NCBI GenBank assembly: GCA_951406725.2
Contig: OX597819.1
Span: 91,140,001 to 91,204,000 of the forward strand
Reading direction: 5' to 3'
Length of the DNA stretch: 64,000 nucleotides
Source of the DNA: Octopus vulgaris
Lineage: Eukaryota
Positions within the stretch are counted from its first letter, which is position 1. Each line of letters begins with the position of its first letter. The notes under the pieces are model-generated. The model was given only the letters and a program-made list of their open reading frames with translations, was not told where the DNA came from and ran no database searches. Of this stretch, positions 24,760 through 36,774 are shown piece by piece. A program made the translations under genes and the position numbers.

Positions 24760-26300
24760 ATGTATAGAAGCTGAAAGATTCTCTGTTCCATGTAGTTTCA
24801 GAGAAGTTCTTGTTGACACATATGTTGCAAAAAAGAAAGAGAGATAGTGACTTCTTATAACATAGAAAATAAGTACAAGTTCTTTAACAAGCCACATCAG
24901 AACAGCGGATGGTGACATGGTCATGGAATGGTGTAATGAACAGAGCCATAAAAGCTCAAAGACAGACCTAGAATGAGTGAGAAACAAATAAGGAAGAGTA
25001 ACGAACAGTATCAAGAAGCTAGAAGTAGTATATTCAGCAAAGAGAGAAGTAGAAAGAAAGAGGCTTGTTAATGTTCTGTGACATGAAGATCAGATACACA
25101 AGGCATTCCAGATTTCAGAAACAGTATGTTGATATGAATCAGAGTGTTATTGATAAAAAGCATTTATACTTGGACAGTGGTGTGATCACTGTCATCAACA
25201 CCAAGAAGAAGGCATGGAAATTCTTCCACAAGAGTTTATTGAATAAAAATCCATGGATGAGAGGAGAACTACCCCCAAGAACAGCCAGTAATAGTACTAG
25301 TTATATGGTCAAAATGGCCATAAAAATATAAAATTAGGGGAAGCAGCCTTAATGTCAGAGAAAGTTGTTAACAGGCTGGAAGTACCCAGGGAAATAAGAC
25401 ATGTTAACATCTTATATAGACTATCATGTAGTCCAAAAAGGAGTAATTCCCAATGATTGCCATAGCAGTGTCATTATCAACTATTATAAGGATGGATGAG
25501 ATGCTCTAGAAAGAAGTAGATAGAGAAAATGAAACTGATGGATAACACTATGTAAGTAATAAAGAATTATGGTACAACTAATTAAAAAAACGAATAAGTT
25601 GAAATGAGATGCAGTTTGTGTTTGTGTCAGAATCAGGTAGTATTAACATCCTCTTCCTATGACACAACGACAAAAGGATCTCTTAGCAAAGAGCAGGCCA
25701 TTATTACTAGTATTCATTGATTTAGGTAAAAAATTTGACTGAGTTTCATAATCTGTTGTTTGGTGATTGTTAAAAGACAAAAAACAAAAAAACCTGAAGG
25801 CAAATGGAGATGCTGCAAGCAAGTCATGTGCAAAGATACTACCAACAGGTCTTGTATAGAGGTGCTGTTAGCAAGTCACGTACAGTTGTGCTGTTAGCAA
25901 GTCACGTACAGATGTGCTGTTAGCAAGTCATATGCAGAGGTGGTGCCAGAGAGGCTAAATCAGCAATGAGTTTAACAAGAAATTTAGTAAGCTAATATGG
26001 CTCCATCAGGGCTTGGCTTTCAGGCCTGTTTACTTCGTTATAGAGTTCCAGACTATAACTGAGGAGTTTAAAACTAGCTGTTTGTGGTAACTTCTATATT
26101 CTAATGACCTAGTTCTGAAAGCTGAATCTGAATGTGATGCAGATGGACAAGGGCAGCTATATAAAGAAGTGTCAATCGCTAAATGTAGAAGGAAGCTGTG
26201 CAATAGGAAGACATGGAACAAAGTGGAGAAGATTGACCTCAAGACTTTGAATCTCTCAGAGAAGATGGTAGGGCCTCAGACTAATAGCAATATGCTGTAC
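24760..26300 (+). mobile_element. Highly degenerate RTE-like LINE
   Basis: Remnants of GVIPND, DALER, EMQFVFV and LVFIDLGKKFD, plus an RTE-like 3' end. Confidence 0.65.
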
Positions 26301-28380
26301 ATCAAATGACCTGTCTATCTTAGCAGAATTGAGGTTCTGTCAAGCTTTCCTCCATAACTCATCGTTTAACTTCCATTCTTCCTTCAATCTTCTGTGTTGC
26401 CCTATTTCCTTACTTTACTTTCCCTCCACTGAATCAATATTCTCTGTGTCCAACTCATCCCCTAACTCTAATTATCTTTTACATTATTCTCCTCAGTAGA
26501 CTTTCCTACACATCTACTTTTTCTGCTCCTCTATCCTATTCTGTCGTTCATATTCACCTACACCTTGACCTCATAACTTTCTCTCTTTCTAGATGGGCAA
26601 GCCATGTATTCACCTCCTCACCAAAACACCTGTTCCTGTCCCTCTACCCTAGTTTCTTATTTCTCAACTCTATACCCCTTTCAGTTGAGGCAGTTTCTTA
26701 TCCTGTAAATAATTGGTGGCCCCATTGGTGTTGGTGCAATGTAAGAAACACTCTTCACACTCTGTGAAGTGGTTGGCATTAGGAAGAGTATCTATCTGTA
26801 GAAACCCAAGGCAGTCAACAGAACTTGGCACAGCCCTCTAGCTTGAAATGTTCACATTGAAATGTCCAACTCATGCTGGCATGGAAAAAGGGACATTAAA
26901 TTATGATAATGATAATGTGTGAGTGTATGTGTGTCTGTCTCCCTGTCTTGACATCACATGCTGGCTGTGGGCAAGCATCACTGCCAAACAAGCAATGTTA
27001 TTTGTTTCCAATCTACCATGAAAACATGTCTGGCTATGAAGAAATCTTACCTTGCTGGGGAACAGATGAGATTTGGAAACAGGAATCTGTATCGATGAAT
27101 TCCATCTGACTGATGCAAGCATGGAAAAGTGAATATGAAAGCAATGGTGATGATAATACACACATGTATGTACATATTTGGGTGATTCTATGTGTGTGTA
27201 TGTGTGTGTGTGTGTGTGAATGCTGAAGTTAAATAAGAGAAAGCAGTATAAATCCTTCACTTAATGGGAAACCTTAAATAACCTTAAACTATGATTTCAT
27301 ATAGATTATGACAACTGAGATTTCCACAAACAGGCATCTATATGGATTTATAGGTTTCTCTTTTAACTCTCTTCTGGCCATTATTGATTCCTTGTTACTC
27401 AGTACAAGGCTACATTTTTGTAATTTGGAGAGGAAGCTTATGCTTAGTCAACTGAATCAATCCTCTTATGTTGCTGACATTCAGTATATTGATCACTAAA
27501 GCAAAGTTTGAAATAAATACAGTAAAATGTAGTGTCCTCTGTTCAGCTGTTTCAGCATATTCCTGTGAGGTTCCTCATTTTAGGTGTGGCTGTGTGGTAA
27601 GAAGTTTGGTTCTGAACCACATGGTTTTTGGTTCAGTCTCTCTGTGTGGCACCTTGGGTAAGTATCTTCTTCTATGGCCACAGGCCAACCAGAACCTTGT
27701 GAGTGGATTTGGTAGATGAAAACTGAAAAAAGCCCATCATCATCCTCTAATGTCTGTTTTCCATGCTAGCATAGGTTAGATGGTTTGACAGGAGCTGGTC
27801 AGCTGAAGAGCTGCCCAGGCTGCATGGCTGTTTTTGCATGGTTTCTACAGCTGGATGCCCTTCCTAACACCAACCACTTTACATGGCATACTTAGTGCTT
27901 TTACACAGCACCAGTATGGATGTTTTTATGTGGCACCAGTATGGGTGCTTTTTATGTGACATCAGCACCCACGGGCCCACAAGATTGGGAATGCTCAGAT
28001 TAGGAAGGCAGCGAGCTGGCAGAAATTTTAGCACTCTGGGAGAAATACTTAGCAGTATTTCATCGGCTGTTACGTTCTGAGTTCAATTTCCACTGAGGTT
28101 GACTTTGCCTTTCATCCTTTCATGGTCGATAAATTAAGTACCAGTTATGTACTGGGGTCGATGTAATTGACTTATTCCTTTTGTCTGTCCTTGTTTGTCA
28201 TATCTATGTTTAGCCCCTTGTGGGCAATAAAGAAATAAGATAAGGAATGCTCAGCTGGAGGGGGATGCAGGGGACATGCTTGTATGCAAAGACAACCGCA
28301 ATTTTACTTAATTTGACATGTCTTCTCAAGCACATTGTACATGTATGTATATATGTATGTATCTCTCTCTCTCTCTCCTT

Positions 28381-28824
28381 TCATGGATACATTGAAACTC
28401 CGATGTCTGGCAGCTGACTTGGCAGACACCCATAAAATTATTAACCATCTTACAAACAATAACTCTGAGCACCTTTTCAAACTCCACCTGTCTAACACCT
28501 GTGGACATGTTTACAAAGTCAGAAAACAGCACAGCTCCCATGACTTTCGGAAACATTTTTTCATGCTAAGAGTTGCTGAAGTATGGAACAAACTGCTGGC
28601 ATCAGTTGTTAATTGTTGGAGCACTGCAAAACTTCCATGCTTCCTGAGATTTGCCAACACTACACCTGATTGTCTCCCCTCCATACACACGCAAGCATGT
28701 ATCTGACTCATACACTGTTCACTTTCCAGACATTTGTACATTACGGCATATGCTTTACATGCACTTTTAACAAGTTGTGGTGCACCTGAGCACTGTATAC
28801 AATAATTTCATTATTATTATTATT
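28381..28824 (+). mobile_element. CR1/L2-like LINE 3' fragment
   Basis: DL..THKII...TCGHVYKV...RKHFFMLRVAEVWNKL, then a 3' UTR ending in (ATT)n. Confidence 0.8.
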
Positions 28825-28996
28825 TATCATAACATTTAGAAACTCCTTCATTGCTGTTCAGTTTCCTTGAACAGACCAATGATTGAAAACATCTTAGCCA
28901 GCAGTAAATATTACCATATTTTTAGGGATATTGAGAATCTTAACTTACCTGTTCTGTCTTTTCCTTTGTTTTTTTGTTTTTGTAAAACAATAGAAT

Positions 28997-30500
28997 AGTT
29001 AGTTAGTTAGTTAATTTGGCTCAAAAGCAAATAGCAAGGCCATGTAGGGGGACATGGAGTTAAGTACAGGGTGGTGTTCATGTAAAGAGTTCAGGCCACT
29101 TGAGGTCCAGGGAGGCTTTGAACAAAGCGGTCGTCGGCATCTTCACCATCTCGTCTGGCAGCTTGTTCCACGGATCCGCAAACCGGATGGAGAAAGCCTC
29201 CTTTCCTTCGATTGAGATGAAATTGTCGCAGGTAGAGCTTTTCGGAATGACCCCGCAGCCGACGCTCTGGAGCAGGAGTGAAGAACAGCTCTTTCGAGAG
29301 GTTACACTTTCCGCTTATGATGTTGTGGGCGAGAATGAGATCACTACGGCGGCAGCGTTTTTCAAGAGAATAAAGGTCGAGCGTCCTCAGCCTTTCTTCG
29401 TAGGACAAATTTTTGAGACCATGAACCATGCGGGTAGCCAGCTTCTGGACTCTTTCGAGATGCTGTATATCTTTGAGGAGATAAGGAGAAGAGGCTTGAA
29501 TCCCATACTCCAATATGGGTCTCACTAGCGTGACATAGAGTGGTAGGAATATGGCTGCTGTGAGCATTCCGAATGACCGTCGAATCAAGAACAGAATTCC
29601 GCGTGCTTTGTTGGCAGCATGGACGCACTGGGCCGAAGGCGAAAAGGAGGAATCCACCAAGATACCTAGGTCCTTTACCTGATCGGTCCTCTCCAGCAGC
29701 AGACGACCCGGCTCGAAATCAAGTTGAGTTGCAGGAGTAGAGCCGACAGGCAGATGACAGCACTTTGACACGTTCAGACACAGGTCCCAATCGTTAGACC
29801 ACTTCCAAATTTGGTGGAGGCATCAACGAAGATCCTCTATATTACCGCGAGGAGCGACCAGTTTGATATCATCGGCAAATAGAAGGGTGTGTTGCGTGAG
29901 GTCGTCGGGCAAGTCATTTATGAAGACTAAGAACAACAAGGGCCCAAGCACTGAACCTTGAGGCACGCCACTGCTCGCACTGGAGACGTCGGACCGCGAA
30001 CCATTAACTTGGACTTGGAAGGAGCGATCTGAGAGGAAGGCACCAACCCATCGTACAATATCCGGATGGAAACTATATGCTTGAAGCTTGACAAGTAATA
30101 GGCGGTGGTTTACCGAGTCAAAAGCTTTGGCAAAGTCCAGTAAAACGATGTCAACAGCATCACTATCATCGAGGATGCGCGTCACCAATTCTTCCATTAC
30201 TAGTAAGTTGGTCAAGCATGATCTCTTCGGCACGAAGCCGTGTTGGGAATCAGAGATAGAGGCTGTGTTTAGGAGGTGGAGCATCATACTTTTCTTAAGG
30301 ATGGTTTCGAACATCTTGCTGATTATTGATGTAAGGGAAACCGGTCGGTAGTTAAGCGGGTCTTCGCGGCTCCCTTTCTTGAAAATTGGGCAGATTATCG
30401 CTGTTCTCCAGTCTGCAGGTATAACACCCGTCGCCAATGACATATTAAATAGTCGTGTTAAGGGCTCGCAGATGACCGGAGAATATAATTTGAGGAAGGT
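28997..30500 (-). mobile_element. 5'-truncated CR1-type LINE (RT plus C-terminus)
   Basis: NYRPVSLTS, QHGFVPKRSC, LDFAKAFDSV, GVPQGSVLGP, FADDIKL, KDLGI and RLRGH; GC-rich; (TAAC)n tail at ~28997-29014; few disruptions. Confidence 0.93.
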
Positions 30501-30682
30501 GTAGCTGCTGTTTGTTATTTTATAAATACATAGATGCTGACATGACTGTGTGGAACATGTTTCGCAGCCATGTGGTTTTAGGTTCTGTCCCATAGTGTAG
30601 CACCTTGGGCAAGTATCTTCTACTATAGCCCTGAGCTGACAAATACCTTATGAGTGAATTTAGCAAATGGAAATTGTGTGGA

Positions 30683-30708
<26 letters not shown>

Positions 30709-30713
<5 letters not shown>

Positions 30714-30862
30714 CATCATCATCGTTTAACGTCCGTTTTCCGCGCTAGCACGGGTTGGACGGTTTGACCGGGGTCTGGGAAGCCAGGAGGCTGCACCAGG
30801 CTCCAGTTTGATCTGGCAGTGTTTCTACAGCTGGATGCCCTTCCTAACGCCAACCACTCTGT
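30709..30862 (-). mobile_element. SINE/RTE-tail repeat ending in (GAT)n
   Basis: Same as ~21235-21493(+), 27735-27900(-), 58870-59040(-) and 59630-59812(+). Confidence 0.7.
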
Positions 30863-30864
30863 GA

Positions 30865-31175
30865 GGTGGAGGCGCAATGGCCCAGTGGTTAGAACAGTGG
30901 ACTTGTGGTCGGAGGATCGCGGTTTTGATTCCCAGACAGGGCGTTGTGTGTGTTTATTGAGCAGAAACACCTAAAGCTCCATGAGGCTCCAGCAGGCGGT
31001 GGGTGGCAACCCCTGTTGTATTCTTTTGCTCCAACTTTCTCTCACTCTTTCTTCCTGTTTCTTGAGTAATGCTGTGATGGACTGGTGGCCCGTCCAGCTG
31101 GGGGGAACACATATGCCATAGAAACCGGGCCCATTAGCCTGGCTAGGTTTGAAAAGGGCACATAAATAAATAAAC
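30865..31175 (+). mobile_element. tRNA-derived SINE (family 3)
   Basis: GGAGGCGCAATGGCCCAGTGGTTAG head, B-box-like GGTTTTGATTCC, A-rich tail. Confidence 0.65.
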
Positions 31176-31314
31176 AAATATATATATTTATTATGTATAT
31201 TCAATTAGAGGTTAAAATAGCCTCATTAAGGGATAGTAATAATATCTAATGAATTACTGGTTCATTGCCTGGAATTTTTTGTGAATAACAATAAATACAA
31301 ATCTTGGTTTATAA

Positions 31315-31668
31315 ATATTCAAAAGAAAACTTAGAAAATGGAGATGTAGCATTGATATAATTTATTATCTGCAAAAATCCAACATATTTTCTTACAGTTG
31401 TTTCAATGTAGGCTAAAAGATTAAATTACAATAATTGAATCATTGTATTAGGCAAAATCTCATCAGAGGAGTAAAACAGATATACCATTATAGTATTAAG
31501 TGTTTTGTTTTCAATTCATTTCTGATGAGATTTTGCCTAATACAATAGTTTAATTATTGTAATTTAATCTTTTAGGCTAAATTGAAATAGCTGCGAGAGA
31601 ATATGTTGGATTTTTGCAGATAATAAATTATATTAATGCTCCATTTTCTAAATTTTCTTTTGCATATA
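31315..31668. repeat. ~150-bp inverted repeat whose arms each contain a degenerate hammerhead
   Basis: Arms ~31315-31467 and ~31521-31668; CTGATGA-GATTTTGCCTAA...GAAA-(C/T)A(A/G)CTG in both. Confidence 0.75.
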
Positions 31669-32308
31669 TATGTGTGTGTTTGTGTCTTCATGTGTGCATG
31701 TGTGTGTTTATGACTTCGTGTGTCTGCCACCACTGCTTAACAACTGATGTTGGTTTGTATACATCTCCATAACATAGCAGTTCAGCAAAAGTGACCACTA
31801 GAATAAATACCAGACTTAAAAAGCTTTTAAGGTAGTGCCCCAGCATGGCCACAGTCCAAAAACTGAAACAAGTGAGAAATATATTACTTGAAGCTATTTT
31901 TCTATGGCATTTTTAAGTCACTGCCACACATCTGCAAAACTACTACTGTACATCTCTTATCACTGATTATCTCTTGTGTTAATGTTTAGTAACCAATCAA
32001 AATTGTTTCATTCCATCTCTGGTTACCCTTCTTAGTATTCATTTCCTGCAGTTTTATTAAACTATTTATTAACCTATTTGCTAGTCAAGACACAGTTTGC
32101 AGCGATATTTTTTCATTGCAATCTGTTAATCTGACATCCCTACTTATCTTCTTTGATTTACCACTAGCCACCAAGTGAAAACTTCACAAAAATCATGCTG
32201 GCTGTTCCTCCTTCTAACTATATCAAAAAATGCCTTTGTCATTGCTAACTAATCTGTAGAAACTTAACTCTGCTAATCTTCAATCTATTAGATTCAGCCA
32301 ACACACTA

Positions 32309-32528
32309 ACCCTTTAGCATTCAGACTACGCTGTCAAACGTAATACTTATTTATTCACATTGTTTTGAATTTATCATGAATTATCTCAGATCTTCAAGAT
32401 TTCAGTGCTGTGATTGCTTATTTTCAGAATGACGCTGGGTAGAGTAGGTGTGAAAAATCAGATTTGGCCAGTTTAAACATAAAACATAAATATTTGGGTT
32501 GAATACAGCTGATTTAAATACTAAATGT
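32309..32528. mobile_element. piggyBac-type MITE family member
   Basis: TAACCCTTTAGCATT end; related copies at 41419-41951 and 60962-61190. Confidence 0.55.
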
Positions 32529-32559
32529 CACATTGTCTGCTTTTAAAAGTTACACATAT

Positions 32560-32960
32560 AGGCACAGGCATGGCTGTGTGGTAAGAAGCTTGCTTCCCAA
32601 CCACATGATTCTGAGTTCAGTCCCATTGTGTAGTATCTTGGGCAAGTGTCTTCTTCTATAGCCTCGGATCAATCAAAGCCTTGTGAGTAGATTTGGTAGA
32701 TGGAAACTGAAAGAAGCCCATCATATATATGTGTGTCTGTCTTTGTGTGTGTTTGTATTTGTCCCCCTTGCCACTTGATGACTGGTGTTGGTGTGTTTAT
32801 GTCCCTGTAACTTAGCAGTTTGGCAAAAATGATCGATAGAATAAATAATAGGCTTAAAAACAGAAAGTCCTGGGGGCGATTTGTTCAACTAAAACCCTTC
32901 AATGCAGTGCTCCAGCATGGCCACAGTCAAATGACTGAAACAAGTAAACGCATAAAAGAA
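32560..32960 (+). mobile_element. SINE family 1
   Basis: Head and tail motifs. Confidence 0.75.
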
Positions 32961-33426
32961 TAAAAAAAATATCTGATACTAATGAAAATTCAATCATCAT
33001 TGTTTTGTTTTGTCTTGTATGAAAAAATTGCTTGGCAAGAAAGAAATTATTTGTTACAAAGGAGGCCTCTATGTGGAAACTCATTCTACTAAAAATAGGG
33101 GCTATATCTCTCTCAAATCTAATTTTTCTGCTTTAAATACACACACACATATATGTATAAACATTGGACAATGTAGCTCTATATATATTCTTTTACTTGT
33201 TTTAGTTATTTGATTGCAGGCATGCTGGAACACCGCCTTAAAGGGTTTTTAGTTGAAGAAATCAACCCCAGGATTTATTCTTTGTAAGCCTAGTACTTAT
33301 TCTATTGGTCATTTTTGCCAAACTGCTAGGTTACAGGGACATAAACACATCAACATCAGTTGTCAAGCAAAAACAGATACATACACACATAAATACATAC
33401 ATACATATATATATATGTATACATGT

Positions 33427-33591
33427 ATAGGTGCAGGAGTGGCTATGTGGTAAGTAGCTTGCTTACCAACCTCATGGTTCTGGGTTCATTCCCACTGTGT
33501 GGCACCTTGGGCAAGATTCTCCTACTATAGCCTCAGGCCGACCAAAACCTTGTGAGTGGATTTGGTAGACGGAAACTGAAAGAAGCCCGTC

Positions 33592-33623
<32 letters not shown>

Positions 33624-33833
33624 GTGTGTGTTTATGTGTTTGTGTTTGTCCCCCCAACATCACTTGACAACCGATGGTGGTTTGTTTACACCCCCTTAAT
33701 TTAGTGGTTCAGCAAGAGAGACCAATAGAATAAGCACTAGGCTTACAAAGAATAAGTTCTGGTGTCGATTTGCTCAATTAAAGGTGGTACTCCAGCATGG
33801 CCACAGTCAAATGACTGAAACAAGTAAGAGTAA
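33427..33833 (+). mobile_element. SINE family 1
   Basis: Head and tail motifs; its 3' end forms the outer edge of the inverted duplication. Confidence 0.8.
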
Positions 33834-36235
33834 AATAATAATAATATTTAATGATAAAAATATAATAGGATTTTTTAAAACATTGAATGGTTATAGGGGT
33901 CCAGTAGAGTAAGATAGGAATCAAAGGGGTCCATAGACAAAAAATGGTTGAGAACTACTGGACTAATGTATATAGTTAGTTCTATTGCATTGTGCTATCA
34001 GAGTGACAAAGTTTGCCATACAATTATAGCTAACTTCTATGCCGTTTTTATTCAGTAGTTTGTTTGTTTGGAAAAATGTATTTTGATCAATGCTAGAGAA
34101 TATTTAGGCAATATTTAATGTTGTAATCATGCTACTATTATTATTATTATCATCATCATTATCATCATCCCCATTATTTAATGCCCATCTTCCATGCTCG
34201 CATGGGATGGTTTAACAGGATGGTTTAAACTCACATGGCAAGTTTAACAGGATCCAACAATCCAAAGGATTGAGCTGAGAACCAATGGCATGGTTTTTAT
34301 GACTTCCTAGTGTCAACTACTTTCAAGAGTGTACTGAGTACTTTATGGTGGGGACACTAGTGAGGTCACCAGCTAACTTGCAAGGCAAAAAATCCCCCTT
34401 TCAGTGGGGACATCCCCACTGAGTCAAAGGGGTTTTTTTAGTAGAGAGGAAATGATTGATGGACTACACAGGTTTATTGTTGTAGCTGGAGCGAGAGATG
34501 CTGAAGGTGGTGATAAGGTATCAGAGCATACTCTCAATGTACAAGAAGGTGAATATAAGAAAGAAAAGGGGACAGACGATCTGGGAAAGGTGGGTGGCTA
34601 AATTTACAAGAGTGTGAAAGGAGAGTGATGGATGATTAGAGATGGGGGTAAATGGGAATATAGTGAGTAGTGAACAAAAGATTGAGCTGTGGTTGATGAT
34701 AACTGTCCACTAGGACATTCATCAGATCATCTAAAAAAAACAAAATAATTTCTGGCTTAGCTACAAATGGATTAGTGATATTTCTGTAATCAAAGTTAGA
34801 CTGATGAAAGATAAGGTCTACTAAAACTGCTGGAAATATGTATCATTTCTACTTTATAACTAAATGATTAACAGAAGGAAATTCATCTGGTTTCTATAAG
34901 CGTTTTTTTTTCCAAAATTTACCCACCATTATTAATTAAAAGAAACAATAGTAACAGTATAATAAAACAAAGAAATATAAAAAGGAAAAGAAAGAAAAAG
35001 GGAGGGGAGTAAAGCAGCTGAAAATGGAGTGAGAGGAGGCAATGGGCCACACAACCCAGAACAAATGGTATGCTCAGCTGTACCTCATGGTAATGACTAC
35101 AGTGGTATAGTCACAGAGAAAGGCCGGTGGTACTGTAGCAGCCACTCCACTTCAGGGATGTTGTGCTGCAGATTATTACTTCTTCGTTTCTAAACTTTCC
35201 CCTCCCAAACCCATATTTATCATCAACCACAGCTCAATCTTTTGTTCACTACTCACTATATTCCCATTTACCCCCATCTCTAATCATCCATCACTCTCCT
35301 TTCACACTCTTGTAAATTTAGCCACCCACTTTTCCCAGATCGTCTGTCCCCTTTTCTTTCTTATATTCACCTTCTTGTACATTGAGAGTATGCTCTGATA
35401 CCTTATCACCACCTTCAGCATCTCTCGCTCCAGCTACTCCCACATGTCCTCATAGAACAGAAGAATAGTCATGTATCTCCGATACAACAATAAACCTGTG
35501 TAGTCCATCAATCATTTCCTCTCTACTAAAAAAACCCCTTTGACTCAGTGGGGATGTCCCCACTGAAAGGGGGATTTTTTGCCTTGCAAGTTAGCTGGTG
35601 ACCTCACTAGTGTCCCCACCATAAAGTACTCAGTACACTCTTGAAAGTAGTTGACACTAGGAAGTCATAAAAACCATGCCATTGGTTCTCAGCTCAATCC
35701 TTTGGATTGTTGGATCCTGTTAAACTTGCCATGTGAGTTTAAACCATCCTGTTAAACCATCCCATGCGAGCATGGAAGATGGGCATTAAATAATGGGGAC
35801 GATGATAATGATGATGATAATAATAATAATAGTAGCATGATTACAACATTAAATATTGCCTAAATATTCTCTAGCATTGATCAAAATACATTTTTCCAAA
35901 CAAACAAACTACTGAATAAAAACGGCATAGAAGTTAGCTATAATTGTATGGCAAACTTTGTCACTCTGATAGCACAATGCAATAGAACTAACTATATACA
36001 TTAGTCCAGTAGTTCTCAACCATTTTTTGTCTATGGACCCCTTTGATTCCTATCTTACTCTACTGGACCCCTATAACCATTCAATGCTTTAAAAAATTCT
36101 ATTATATTTTTATCATTAAATATTATTAATTTACTCTTACTTGTTTCAGTCATTTGACTGTGGCCATGCTGGAGTACCACCTTTAATTGAGCAAATCGAC
36201 ACCAGGACTTATTCTTTGTAAGCCCAGTACTTATT
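33740..36235. repeat. Long near-perfect inverted duplication: arms ~33740-34702 and 35217-~36235, ~515-bp spacer
   Basis: Direct reverse-complement match; 48 bp (35438-35485) present only in the right arm. Confidence 0.93.
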
Positions 36236-36642
36236 CTATCAGGCTCTTTCGCCAAACTGCTAAGTTACGGGGCCATTAACGCACCAGCATCGGTTGTCAA
36301 GTGATGTTGGGGGGACAAACATAGACACGCACACACATATATATATACGACAGGCTTCTTTCAGTTTCTGTCTACCAAATCCACTCACAAGGCCTTGGTC
36401 GGCCCGAGGCTATAATAGAAGACACTTACCCAAGGTGCCATGCAGTGGGACTGAACCCGGAACCATGCGGTTCGTAAGCAAGCTACTTACCACACAGCCA
36501 CTCCTACACCTAAAAATTGTATTAAAAAAATTAAATATTTTGTGTATTGTAGAGGTACAACCAATTTATTGCAGATAAATTTTTAACAACAAAATCTTTT
36601 GTGGACCCCAAGGACCATATGGAACCCAGTTGAGAACCACTG
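36007..36642. mobile_element. hAT-type MITE with a nested SINE (~36130-36511, minus)
   Basis: CAGTAGTTCTCAAC...GTTGAGAACCACTG; TSD CATTAGTC/CATTAGGC. Confidence 0.8.
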
Positions 36643-36743
36643 CATTAGGCTAAGTGAAGCACCATGAATCTTTTTTGAAAAATGAGCAAAGAATGGGAAA
36701 CTTGGAGCACAGAAAAAGTGAATTGTTTCCTTTGAATGACTAG

Positions 36744-36774
<31 letters not shown>

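Noticed and set aside
29100-30351. Plus-strand ORFs 29100..29528 and 30088..30351
   Set aside because: Antisense shadows of the CR1 ORF2.
30865-30945. tRNA-like sequence (also all SINE heads)
   Set aside because: A/B-box-like motifs but no complete cloverleaf; continues into a SINE body.
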